Source of the DNA: Eledone cirrhosa
Taxonomy: Eukaryota
Assembly: GCA_964016885.1 (NCBI GenBank)
Contig: OZ024742.1
Span: 119,164,001 to 119,228,000, forward strand
Direction of reading: 5' to 3'
DNA length: 64,000 bases
In this document: one piece after another, positions 1-12,184 of the stretch
Numbering within the stretch: position 1 is the first letter of the stretch
Layout: each line of letters starts with the position of its first letter
Translations under genes and position numbers: made by a program
Notes under the pieces: generated by a model
Databases searched by the model: none
Told to the model about the DNA's origin: nothing
What the model saw: only the letters and a program-made list of their open reading frames with translations

Positions 1-200
1 CCATTCTCACGGTCACACCACCATGGGTGTTGTTGGTTTATTTTTGCAATCTATTTTTACTCTGGGCATGTGTGTTTTATGTTGTTATACGCTGTATTTG
101 TTTTGCTATTACTTTGTAGTTTTCCTACTGGAATTTGAAATGACCGTTAGAGTCACACATCATATGTCACGTGTTCACGATGTTTTTATGGTGTTCATAT

Positions 201-280
201 GGCTAGTACTATACTGAACTACCTCCCCGTGGTGCCAGCTGGGTGGTCTAAGATTACTCCTAGACCAGCGAAAAGTTCGG
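201..280 (+). ncRNA. HDV-like self-cleaving ribozyme at the RTE 5' end
   Basis: P1 GGCTAGT(201-207)/GCCAGCT(234-240) with one mismatch; P2 CTGAACT(214-220)/AGTTCGG(274-280); P3 ACC/GGT with L3 TCCCCGT; P1.1 CC/GG(241-242); P4 TGGTCTA/TAGACCA; J4/2 GCGAAA with putative catalytic C269. Confidence 0.8.
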
Positions 281-1165
281 CGGCAGTGCCTAAGGACGTG
301 GTGGGTTTATGCCTGGCAAGCGTTCTCCCTATAAAAAGCCACAGATGTCCGCAACAGCACTGTGACGTGGCGAGCATGACCCGCCACTAAATAGGGTCAC
401 TGCCCCCATCCTGTCTCACCCGAGGCATTGTATTCCAGAAGAGGCGGAAGAACCATTTGGTCAACGGCTCGAATGGAACTTCGTGAGCATTGGGACCCCG
501 GTTTGGTTAACGACCAAGCAAAGGCGTATGAACTGGTCTACTGGTCATCGTCTCCCAAATGGGTGCGACTCCCTGATCTCGCTCCGCTGCCTTGTGGACA
601 GACTTTTTAGTCAAAGGCTCCGGGTGGAGTCCCCAAAGTAAACCCCCTACTTCAGCCTAGGCAACCGGGTAGTATTACGCCTTCTGGAGAGGGAAACTCC
701 GACATCAAACCTACGGCCCGAGGACCTCGCTGTCACCGTCCCAGCTCGCTAGGCCATGGCAGATGAACCTCGTGCTTAAAAGGTGGGGCCAGTTTGCGCG
801 CACTGCACTTCACCTTAAAACTCCTCAGCGCAGGCCGAAGGACACGTCCACGTTCTATGACCAACCATTCCCAAAGCCCTGCAGTGATGGGAAAGGGGCG
901 AAAGCGGCAGGTGGGAGATGTCACTGGAAGCCGTTGTCTCGATCCTACATGTAGGCGGCTCAGGACTTTGGTCGCTTGGTTGTCGATCCGGTAGCGACGA
1001 CACCACTCGCCAGCATCCTGAGCGACCAGGCAGCTCTATTTAGGGTGAGCACTGCCTGCTCCACATGGAGAGAGGCGGTAGAAAAGGTTCGCCTAAACAA
1101 AGCTGTCTCCTCTATACCCAGTTGGCTATCCGCGGTCAACGTGCATCTTCAGCGGTCGAACAAAT

Positions 1166-2149
1166 ATGGAAACAAAACTAAAGAAAAGTAAGCAGGACTT
1201 GTGGAATGTCAGGACTATCCTTGACAAGGCTGAGAGCAGCCGCCCGGAACGTCGTTCGGCTCTCATATCCCATGAACTCTCCCGCCTCAACATCGACATA
1301 GCAGCTCTCAGCGAGGTCCGCTTCGCTGACGAGGGCAGCCTCAAAGAACGCGGCGCTGGCTACACCCTTTTCTGGTCCGGGAAACCATCATCTGGAAGAC
1401 GCCTGTCGGGTGTAGGACTCATGGTGAGGAATTCCATCGCCTCCAATCTGGAAACGTTACCCACGAGCCACTCGTACCGCATCATATCCATGCGCCTACC
1501 ACTGGAGAGCAAACAACATCTCACGCTCTTCAGTGTCTATGTTCCAACGCTACTGGCAGATCCTGCGGACAAAGACAGTTTCTATTCTGATCTGCGCAGA
1601 CTCTTGAACAACACCCCTGCAGACGACAAGGTCCTGATCCTTGACGACTTCAACGCAATAGTTGTGAGGGACTCTGAGGCCTGGAAAGGAGTTCTTGGAA
1701 GACACGGCGTTCGTGGCTGTAACGACAACGGGCGCCTCCTGCTCGAGTTCTGCACAGAGCACCAACTTGCCATTACCAACACAATCTTCCAACAGAAAGA
1801 CCGCCTGAAAACAACTTGGATGCCTCCTCGGTCCAAACATTGGAATCTACTTGACTATGTGCTTGTGCGCCAACGGGACCTGAAAGATGTTCTACACACG
1901 AGAGTGATGCCCAGTGCAGAGTGCCACACTGACCATCGCCTCGTCCGCTGCAAGCTCAAACTGCAGTTCAAACCCAAACCCAAGAAGAAAGGTAACCCCG
2001 TAAAGAAACTCAACATCGGCAGCCTGTGCCGAGAGGAAGTGAAAGTCAAGTTCCAAGTAGACTTGCAGCAAAAACTAGACGAATCCCCTTGCACTGATGA
2101 CCCCCAACCCAGACACCTTGTGGGAGAACCTGAAATCAGCCATCCTTAA
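1166..2149 (+). pseudogene. RTE ORF, APE-type endonuclease domain
   Basis: Motifs WNVRT, DIAALSEVR, DDFNA (GDFNA), LDYVLVR, TDHRLV; frameshift near 2100. Confidence 0.93.
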
Positions 2150-2425
2150 GACATCTGAGGAAGTTCTTGGGCACACAAAAAGGACGGGTTTGATGAAAAT
2201 GACAAGGAGATCCAGGACTTACTATCAAAGAAGAGGGCAGCTCATCAGGCCCACCTTGCACAACCAACCTGTCCTGTAAAGAAAGATACCTTTCGACGCG
2301 CATGCAGCACCCTACAGCGCAAACTCAGAGAAATACAGAACGAGTGGTGGGACCACCTGGCGTGGAGAACCCAGCTCTCCGCTGACCTCGGAGACTATAG
2401 AGGCTTCTATGAGGCTCTGAAAGCA

Positions 2426-4400
2426 GTGTATGGCCCCACCCACCAGGTCCAGAGTCCCCTGCGCAGTTCAGATGGAGAGGACCTCCTCACCGATAACACC
2501 TCCATCCTCGCTCGCTGGTCCGAGCACTTCCAAAGCCTCTTCAGTGCTGACCGCACCGTACAGGACGCTGCCATCCATCGCGTTCATCAACTTCCACTCA
2601 AAGAGGAGCTCGACGAACCACCTACCCTCGAAGAGACGACTGAAGCCATAGAACAACTCAAGAGTCGCAAAGCAGCAGGAGTTGACAGCATCGCACCAGA
2701 AATCTGGAAGAATGGAGGTCCGACGCTCCACGACAAGCTACACGATTTTCTTGTCTGCTGTTGGGAGCAGGGTAAGCTGCCACAGGATCTTCGCGACGCC
2801 GTCATCATAACCCTGTACAAGAACAAGGGTGAAAAGTCTGACTGCTCCAACTACCGGGGAATCACCCTACACTCCATCGCTGGGAAAGTACTTGCCTGGA
2901 TCCTACTCAACAGGCTCGTACCAACCATCGCTGAAGAAAACCTCCCCAAGAGCCAGTGTGGCTTCAGAGCCAACAGAGGCACGACGGACATGGTGTTCGT
3001 CTTCCGCCAACTCCAGGAGAAGTGCCGAGAACAAAACAAGGGACTCTATGCTGCTTTTGTCGACCTCACAAAAGCTTTTGACACAGTGAGCAGGACAGGA
3101 CTATGGCTCATCCTGGAACGACTTGGCTGTCCCACCAAGTTTCTACAGATGGTGATCCAGCTGCACGAGAACCAGCGCGGCCAGATCAGACTCAACGGTG
3201 ACCTGTCGGAGCCCTTCCCCAACTCCAACGGCGTGAAGCAGGGTTGTGTCCTGGCACCGACTCTCTTCAGCATCTTCTTCAGCATGATGCTCAAGCATGC
3301 AACTGAGGATCTGGATGATGGGGATGGGGTGTATGTCAGGTACCGTATGGATGGCAGCCTCTTCAATCTACGGCGCCTCCAGGCCCATACCAAGACCCAG
3401 GAGAGGTTGATCCGAGACCTTCTCTTCGCAGATGACGCTGCCCTCGTCGCCCACACAGAGCGAGCTCTGCAGCGCATCACGTCCTGCTTTGCGGACCCTC
3501 ACGGCTCTTTGGTCTGGAGGTTAGCCTCAAGAAGACGAAGGTTCTTCACCAGCCTGCCCCCCAAGAAGAATACCGCTATATCACTATCTGCGATACCGAG
3601 CTGAAATAAACACAGCAGTTGACATACCTGGGCTGCATCATCTCATCAGATGCAAGGATCGACAAAGAAATTGACAACAGACTCTCTAAGGCAAATAGCT
3701 CCTTTGGCAGATTGTACAAACGTGTTTGGAACAACAAAAACCCGAAGAACAAGACAAGGATCAGCGTCTACAGGGCCGTGGTTCTCACCACTCTCCACTA
3801 CGGCTCGGAGACCTGGGTCACCTACCGCAGTCACATCCGTCTCCTCAAGCGCTTCCACCAGCGATGTCTCCGCACCATCCTCAACATTCGCTGGAGTGAC
3901 TTCGTCACAAACGTTGAAGTTCTGGAGCAGGCCGAGATCCCCAGCATTGAAGCCATGCTGCTGAAGTACCACCTCCGATGGGCAGGGCATGTCTCCAGAA
4001 TGGAGAACCATCGCCTTCCTAAGATTGCCCTGTTTGGCGAACTCTCCACCGGCCACCTAGAGAGAAGAGCCCCGAAGAAACGCTACAAAGACTGCCTCAA
4101 AAAGTCTCTCACCGCATGTCATGTTGACCACCATGTTGGTCAGACCTGGTTGCGGACCGTGATGGCTGGCGCCACAGGATCTTCAACGCGGTCAGCGAGT
4201 TTGAGGAAGACAGAAGAGACGCGCAAAAAGACAAGAGACGCAGAAGGAAGGCCCGAGTCGCCTCTGACACCACACCGGACGTTACCTTCATCTGTGGACA
4301 CTGCTCACGGACCTACCTTTCCCGCATTGGACTTGTCAGTCATGAGCATGCCTGCAGACGACGTGGACAACCTTCCTAATCTTCGTTCGCGAAGCCAAGC
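2426..4400 (+). pseudogene. RTE ORF, reverse transcriptase and C-terminal region (broken)
   Basis: [52 protein letters not shown]; frameshifts near 3495 and 4130, stop near 3607. Confidence 0.95.
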
Positions 4401-4689
4401 TATGATGATAACTATACTGAATATAGATGTTGGCACCAAATTGCGGTATAAGTATTGTTTCCATGATTAACCACTTATTGTTGTTCGGTATTCTATATAA
4501 TTGTTTCTACTTTTGGCACAAGGATGGCCATTGCACGATATACCATTATTAATAATTCTCAATTAATTCTATCGTGCAATGCCTGTGCATGAAGATATTT
4601 TTTAAAGTGAGGAAAGACTGTGCACTGAGCCAATCCCACTCTCTGGGCGAAAGAAAAAAAGATCAACACTATCGGTAACTAGTGAGCCG

Positions 4690-5075
4690 CAGGTTTTATA
4701 TCGGAGTTATCCCAGTTTCTTGAGTCGCCTTCTCCTAGAAGAATGCCCTGACAAAGGCTAGGGTCCTTCACTCCCAGTGGTTTAACCGCGCGACCGCGTG
4801 TCCAGCCCGACTATTTCTATGTCCCCGCACATATACACACACATGCACCCATGTATATACACATATACATACATATGTACGTGTGTATATACATATTTAC
4901 ACACTTTTGGATGGCCGTTGACTCTTATGAGTTCTTCCGACCTTTGTCAGGTTTTGTTATTTTTCTTGCAGGGTGTCCAAAATCACCCTCCTCACTAAGT
5001 AAACTTGGTGGGGTTGCCGGTTTAGTCGCCGACGACCCAACCATGCGACAGGTTGAACTGAGTGACTCGACATAC
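4690..5075 (+). mobile_element. Non-autonomous retroposon with (CATA)n tail, same family as 8314-8580 (-)
   Basis: Shared blocks CCTTCTCCTAGAA..TGACAAAGGCTA and TTTTGGATGGCC..CTTGGTGGGGTTGCC..GACAGGTTG, followed by CATA repeats. Confidence 0.7.
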
Positions 5076-5341
5076 ATACACATATATACATACATATATA
5101 CATATATACATACATACATGTATACATACATACATATATACATATATGTATGAACTTGGATTTGCGGACAAAGAGCGCAGATCCCTAATTCATGGTCTAC
5201 AAATGGTTGCGATAGCTGGAACCTTCAAAATTTGCAAAACATTCTTGCGATTCAAGGGATGACAATTTCTTTTCTTTTACAACCTTGCCACCAGGAAGGT
5301 GGCCGGTCAAAAATACACTCGAAATTAAGAGAAAGAGATAA

Positions 5342-5396
<55 letters not shown>

Positions 5397-5740
5397 CATA
5401 TATTTAAATATATAATCGTTGCAAGATTTCTTTCCTGAAAGAAAAATAACTAGTTATGTAAGAGTCACCTTAGACTATATTTATATAGGACAAAACGATG
5501 ATGAAATATCACATTATGTTTTTCTATTGTTTACAACAATGAACAGTATTCATGGCAATTACAGATATACAATACTTAGGTTACTTTTTTTCTGACTTCC
5601 CAGGATTTTACTGTGAGTCTCAGTCTATTTCGTGTTTTTGATTAGCTCAAGCTAAAGTTGAAATGCTATAGAAATTTGAAAAAGTACACTTATCAATACA
5701 ATATTATCAAAAGTAAAACAATATATGTATATGTGTGTGT

Positions 5741-5904
5741 TACGGCCCTTTAGGTTCTGAGTTCAAATCCCGCGGAGGTTAGGTTAGCTTTACTTTTCAT
5801 CCTTACGGGGTCGATAAAATAAAGTACCAGTAATGCACTAGGGTCGATTTAATCGACTTTCCCCTTCCCGAAAATTGTTGGCTTTGAGCCTAAAGTAGCA
5901 ATCA

Positions 5905-5905
<1 letters not shown>
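5741..5905 (+). mobile_element. tRNA-derived SINE, family A (5' truncated)
   Basis: B-box GTTCAAATCCC and conserved core TTTCATCCTTACGGGGTCGATAAAATAAAGTACCAG. Confidence 0.85.
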
Positions 5906-5937
<32 letters not shown>

Positions 5938-5984
5938 TGTATGTATGTATGTATGTATGTATGTATGTATGTATGTATGTGTGT

Positions 5985-6052
<68 letters not shown>

Positions 6053-6104
6053 TCTGGTTTCATAATTTTACAAATTTTTTGCCAATAGAGAGAGAGTCGG
6101 TTTC

Positions 6105-6159
<55 letters not shown>

Positions 6160-6174
<15 letters not shown>

Positions 6175-6270
6175 GACACACATATATGTGTGTGTGTCTG
6201 TGTGTATTTAAAAGGTAAACAGATATAACAACACAATCGGTACAGTATATGGAAGGAATATATTAGGTTA
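6160..6270 (-). mobile_element. 3' terminus of PLE-like family (same as 35045-35105), inverted partner of 7448-7555
   Basis: ATACTGTACCGATTGTGTTGTTAT.TCTGTTTACCTTT shared by three loci. Confidence 0.7.
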
Positions 6271-6293
6271 TATATATATATATATATATATAT

Positions 6294-6476
6294 AACGAAG
6301 GAAGTGTGGTAAAGAACCAGGTGGACCATAACGCACCAGAGTACTCGATATTTAGGGTTGTAGAGTGGGTAATAGGAAACTGTTCAAGACCCCGACGACA
6401 GAGCTCAAACCATTTCGACGACTATTTCTGGACTGAAATAGCCGTCCAGAAATAGTCATCGAAACGGCTTGAGCTC

Positions 6477-6481
<5 letters not shown>
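6294..6481. mobile_element. Asymmetric palindromic insert in (TA)n, same family as 16559-16732
   Basis: Arms 6397-6433/6444-6480, several mismatches; long arm extends to 6294. Confidence 0.75.
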
Positions 6482-6516
<35 letters not shown>

Positions 6517-6520
<4 letters not shown>

Positions 6521-6615
6521 ATAATAATAAATTTGAAGACCAAAATCCAAAGAGGTCTCGGTTAAAGGGTGAAAGCAGCGATTCTTTGCTTAAACTTTAA
6601 TCTGTTATTTTAATA
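6517..6615 (+). mobile_element. About 100-bp (TA)n-embedded repeat, also at 44214-44321 and 62871-62958 (opposite strand)
   Basis: AAGGGTGAAAGCA.CGATTC.TTGCTTAAACTTTAATCTG shared. Confidence 0.75.
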
Positions 6616-6630
6616 AATATATATATATAT

Positions 6631-7447
6631 ACTAGCAGTAAAGCCCGGCGTTGCTCGGGGTCGCTCAGTAGCTGTGTTAAAGTTACAATGTTAAGTTTCT
6701 TTTTTGGCTTAAAAACTGTAGTGTCTACTGTGCAGACTTGCATGTGATGTTTTTGATTAATATTCCCTCAACCAACAATATGCCTTATGAAGTTAAGAAA
6801 ACATAACGATAACCCGAATGTTATAACAAAAGAGGATGCTGGGGATAAAAACTGCACTGGTTATTTATTAACAAAGATCGAAAATGTAAACACTGCAACG
6901 CAGAGAAAAACATTAGCGTAACCAAATTATCAGTTATGTCTGTCTGCACGCCTATATCACCTCTCTGCACGACTGTCTGTCTGCACGCCTGAAATATTTG
7001 CTTGTTTTACGTAGTCTTTAAATAGACTTGTTTTCAAGTAAAAATATTGTTTTAAAATGCTTTTAAATGGAAATGAAGCAAAACGGAAGCTTAGTGTTCG
7101 AACTGATGAATTTTGCAGGTCAATATTTTGCTGGCTCGACAACTGTTCGTGTATTGTGTTAATGTCATTTTAAACGCTGAGAAAGCCAGCGTAATTTTTT
7201 ACGTAAGACGCTCAATGTAAACAGAACAAAGGGAAATAACTGATAACTTACGCTCAAAAGTCGATACATTATATTCGATTTCGTCACATAGGGTGGGTCA
7301 ATTTGAAATATTTTTTTTCCGATGTCTTCGCTAGGGCTCAATGTACAAGTATAGCAATTTCGGTGCAATTCCGTGAGAGATTCTAAGAGGAGATGTGTGC
7401 CAAAAATCGATAGACAGACAGACAACCACAGTTTTATATATATAGAT
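6631..7447 (+). mobile_element. Non-autonomous Helitron/Helentron-like element
   Basis: Begins ACTAG with GC hairpin CCCGGCGTTGCTCGGG; ends (GACA)n..TTTTATATATATAGAT, an architecture typical of Lep1/DINE-like elements. Confidence 0.55.
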
Positions 7448-7914
7448 AACGTAATATATTCCTTTCTGATACTGTACCGATTGTGTTGTTATATCTGTTT
7501 ACCTTTAAATACACACACACATATATATGTGTGGCTGTGTGTATATATATATATGAGAGCGAGAGTCAGTTTCTAACAAAGACACAATACTCTCTCATTG
7601 GAATTTACTCAACATCAACTAGGTAGATATGAATGCATGTCTGCATGCATGTGTGTGCAGGTATGGATGTTATTGTATGTGTGGATGTGGATGTTTTGAG
7701 TTCTATGTGTGCATGTGCATACGCTTTGTATCTGTACAAGTGTATATGCAGTTATTAGATGCAGAATGTTTGGAATATTTTACATATTTTTACTGTTTTG
7801 GATTGTGCTTGTAATTTCATAACTAGCTGTGTTATGTATGTATGTATGTATGTATGTATGTATGTATGTATGTATGTATGTATGTATGTATGTATGTATG
7901 TATGTATGTATGTA

Positions 7915-8918
7915 TGTGACAATTATTGACACAGTGCTGAGCCCATGGTACCATGTGACGACAAGTGCAGAGAGATCTCCAGATATAAAGCAATGCCTGT
8001 GCCGTGAAGCTTTTATAGTGAGCAAAGGCACTGCACAGAGCCAGTCCCACTCTCTTAACCAAGATGATATTTACCAAAAAGAAGAACAAGTCAACATCAT
8101 TGGACACAATCAGGGTTGCAGGTGTTATATCAGAGCTTTCCTTCTCCTAGAATTGTGCCTTGACAAAGTGTAGTGTTTGTATCAGAGTTTTCAAGTCGCT
8201 GGCTGGACTAAAAAGTCACACTCGTTCAGCGCATCGGTAGGGGTTCTCCTACATGGATATAAAGTAGTGGCCGTACTCGAAAACGAGTTGGCAGCCACTA
8301 TGTATGTATGTATGTCAGGTCACCAGTTGGTGCTACTGGTAACATGTATCCCAGTACAACCTGTCTCATGGTCGGGTCGTTGGCGACTAAACTGGCAACC
8401 CCACCAAGGTTTCTTGGTGAGGAGGGTGACTTTGGACATCCTGCAGGACTAAAAACAAAACCTGTCAAAGGGCAAAGGAGCTCTTAAGAGTCAATGGCCA
8501 TCCAAAATCACCGGGAGAGATAACTCCTTAGCCTTTGTCAAGGCAGAATTCTAGGAGAAGGAAAACTCTGATATAACACCTGCAACCCTGATGGTATCCA
8601 ATGATGTTGACTTGTTCTTCTTTTTGGTAAATATCATCTTGGTTAAGAGAGTGGGACTGGCTTTGTGCAGTGCCTTTGATCACTATAAAAGCTTCACGGC
8701 ACAGGCATTGCTTTATATCTGGAGATCTCCGCACTTGTCGTCACATGGTACCATGGGCCCAGCACTATGTGTCAATAATTGTCACAAGTGTAGTGTTTGT
8801 ACCAGAGTTTTCAAGTAGCTGGCTGGACTAAAAAGTCACACTCGTTCAGCGCATCGGTAAGGGTTCTCCTACATGGATATAAAGTAGTGGCCGTACTCGA
8901 AAACAAGTTGGCAGCCAC
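7915..8918. repeat. Compound inverted plus direct duplication between (TATG)n tracts
   Basis: 7915-8168 is the reverse complement of 8533-8786; 8166-8298 is a direct copy of 8786-8918. Confidence 0.92.
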
Positions 8919-9339
8919 CATGTATGTATGTATGTATGTATGTATGTATGTATGTATGTATGTATGTATGTATGTATGTATGTATGTATGTATGTATGTT
9001 CTCTCATTTTCTTAATGTTGAGTTTATTCTTGACCGACCACCTTCTCGGTAGCAATGTTGTAAAGAAAAGGAAATTGTCATTGTTTCTTGTGTAAGTATT
9101 CACCCTTGAATCGTAAAGAATGCTTTTAAATTTTGAAGGTTGCAGATATCGTGGTTATACTTTGGTTCAGGTAGGTTGTACGTGCGTACGTATGTACGTA
9201 TGTGCGTATGTGCGTATGTATGGTTGCCTGAATGTGTGGTTGTCATCAATAAAGAAAGCATATGCAACAAATTTCTTCCAGATAAGGAAAGAGTGAGAGA
9301 ATGGAAGTGAGAAAGAGATATAGAGGAAGAATTGACCTC

Positions 9340-9625
9340 AGTACTAGACTGGTACTTTTTTTTTATCGACTTTGAATAGATGAAAGACAAAGCTGACCTC
9401 GGCGGGATTTGAACTCAGAGAACAAGAGATTCGAAACGAATACCGCAAAGCATTCTATCCGACGTTCTAGCAATATATAGATAACTGTACTAACAATAAA
9501 TTAAATTGTTTCTACTTTTGGCACAAGGCCAGCAATTATCCTAGTTCATTACTGGTACTTTATTTTATCGACCCCGTAAGGATGAAAGGCAAAGATAGCC
9601 TCGGTGGGATTTGAACTCAGACTGT
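9340..9625 (-). mobile_element. Two partial family A SINEs
   Basis: GGTACTTT..TATCGAC..GATGAAAG.CAAAG..CCTCGG.GGGATTTGAACTCAG twice. Confidence 0.85.
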
Positions 9626-9959
9626 AATAACAATACTAACATTGCATTAATAATAAAAATATATACATTATATATATTTCTAGTAAATTATTTGTTTTAG
9701 TATAATGTAATTATTTAACTTAATTTTCTTTAACCACTTTACTCTCTCTCTCCCCCTATCTCCACCTCCCTCGCCCCCTCTCTCTCTGCTTCCCTCACTC
9801 TCTCTCTCTGCCTCCCACTCTCTGGCTCTGCCTCCCACCCTCTCTCTCTCCCTCTCTCTCTGCAGCTCAGTTTGTAAACGCACGATAACGTTTTTGGTGT
9901 CATTTAAAATCAACGTCTTCTATTTACCGTATAATTATATAGCACTTTTAAGTCATTTT

Positions 9960-10148
9960 AATTGTTTCTACTTTGGCACAAGGCCAGCAATTACCCCAGT
10001 GCATTACTGGTACTTTATTTTATCGACCCCATAAGGATGAAAGGCAAAGTTAACCTCGGCGCGATTTGAACTTAGAATAAAGGGCCATAACTCTATACAG
10101 CAAAGCATGGTGTCTGACGCTCTACCGATTCTGCCAATCTACCGCTGT
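9960..10148 (-). mobile_element. Near full-length family A tRNA-SINE
   Basis: A-box-like TGGCAGAATCGG, B-box GTTCAAATC, core, 3' end GTAGAAACAATT. Confidence 0.88.
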
Positions 10149-10423
10149 CAGTCATTATAATGTGATGTTTGGATGTTTTTTCTCCAGATTTCATACACCT
10201 ACAAATCTCTGAGGATACATGGGTGGTGTGAAATTTAGTGTTAAAGGTAATTTCATTAAATTAATGATCAGATTATAGACATATCTCTATATATTAAAAT
10301 GAAGCTTAAAATAAACTCTTGCCATTTCCTTATTTCATATTTCTCCCGTTGAAACTGTGTAAGACACTTTAATTGTCTTCATCATATTTGACTATTATAT
10401 ATATATGTATAATGTATATATCT

Positions 10424-10514
<91 letters not shown>

Positions 10515-11051
10515 TTAATACAATAACAGAGATAGCTTAAAGCTAAACTCCGACTGGTAACCATCTCACTCAACAAACATTAGGTTTATATGTTAGTATA
10601 AACCCAATTTAAGTGTTTGGGTGCTAACTATATGTATTTTGTGGAAAGCTAGTTGTATTATTTTATGAGATATATATATGTGTGTGTGTGTGTGTCTGAT
10701 GGTAGCTATGATGCTTCCATAGGCGGTATGCCGGTTGAGCACTCTATGTTCTTACAGAGCAGAGTGTGATAAAATATAAAACGAAAAATCATGTATAGCG
10801 GGAGTATATGCGTGCGGATGTTGTTATTTATATGATTATGTATGTGTGTGTGAGTGCGCGCGTGGACGTGTGAACTACCAAACCCAGCAGGGATTCATTG
10901 AAGTGTGACAGAAAGAAGGACAGCTGATGGTCAGTGTGACAGTACCTGTTGGTCAAAATTTATGATGACGTAGCCAATAGCAGGACGAGTGAAGAGGATA
11001 TTTTTTGACGCTAACACCCCAGTGAGAAAATTTGATCCCAAATTATTAGAA

Positions 11052-11124
11052 GTGTCCGACGAACCTGATAGATCCACACAATGATCGTGTCTCGAGCTGT
11101 CTGCCGGCGAAACAATTGTAACAC
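11052..11124 (+). ncRNA. Degenerate type I hammerhead ribozyme
   Basis: Stem I GTGT/ACAC; core CCGACGA (one change from CTGANGA); GAAAC-AATT-GTA; about 40 nt upstream of (TA)n. Confidence 0.6.
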
Positions 11125-11162
11125 AATAAATTGAGTTCAGATCCATCACTGATTTTTCGTTT

Positions 11163-11198
<36 letters not shown>

Positions 11199-11416
11199 TT
11201 TGAGTATGTGTTGGTTGTTTACCGACACATCAGTATGCAGGTTGGAGCACTCGACGAAGTACGCAGGTTGGTTCGTTTATCCGGAGGAACTGGAATCATA
11301 TGATTCCAGTTCCTCGTAGGACTAACAACACACCCAGGAGCTGGACATATCGATGAATTGACAGAGTGGAACACATTTTAACACCATGTTTACCTGTTCT
11401 TTCTACATTAATTCGT

Positions 11417-11470
11417 ACTGCCTGAAGAGGTCACAGCCAATAATAGCAGTCACTGAATCATATATAACAG
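11417..11470 (+). ncRNA. Degenerate hammerhead, same family as 16897-16951
   Basis: ACTGC-CTGAAGA-GGTCACAGCC..GCAGTCACT-GAAT; downstream flank also aligns with 16850-16896 (-). Confidence 0.55.
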
Positions 11471-11515
11471 AGAATTTATAATAAACGAAGCCAAATTTAA
11501 CATGTTTGACTTACT

Positions 11516-11561
<46 letters not shown>

Positions 11562-11736
11562 GATAACAAGTTATCGTTATAGGTAATCCAGTTAGAGGTA
11601 ATCCAGTTAGAGTACTCCGCGTAGTGGATAGTTTTAACATACGGCTTTGTTTGACCCAACAAGATGTTTCCATAGTTATGCAGAGAGTTCGCGGTCATTT
11701 CTATGCAGGTTATACTTGGAGTAATAATAGTTAAAG

Positions 11737-12184
<448 letters not shown>

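Larger units (their letters stand above)
219..4410 (+). mobile_element. Full-length RTE-clade non-LTR retrotransposon, inactivated by frameshifts and a stop
   Basis: APE endonuclease and RT ORF pieces, (ATG)n-like 3' tail at 4401-4410, identical 11-mer ACTATACTGAA at 208-218 and 4411-4421 (TSD). Confidence 0.93.

Noticed and set aside
1550-4056. Antisense and alternate-frame ORFs within the RTE (likewise within 55375-62631)
   Set aside because: Shadow ORFs of retroelement coding sequence
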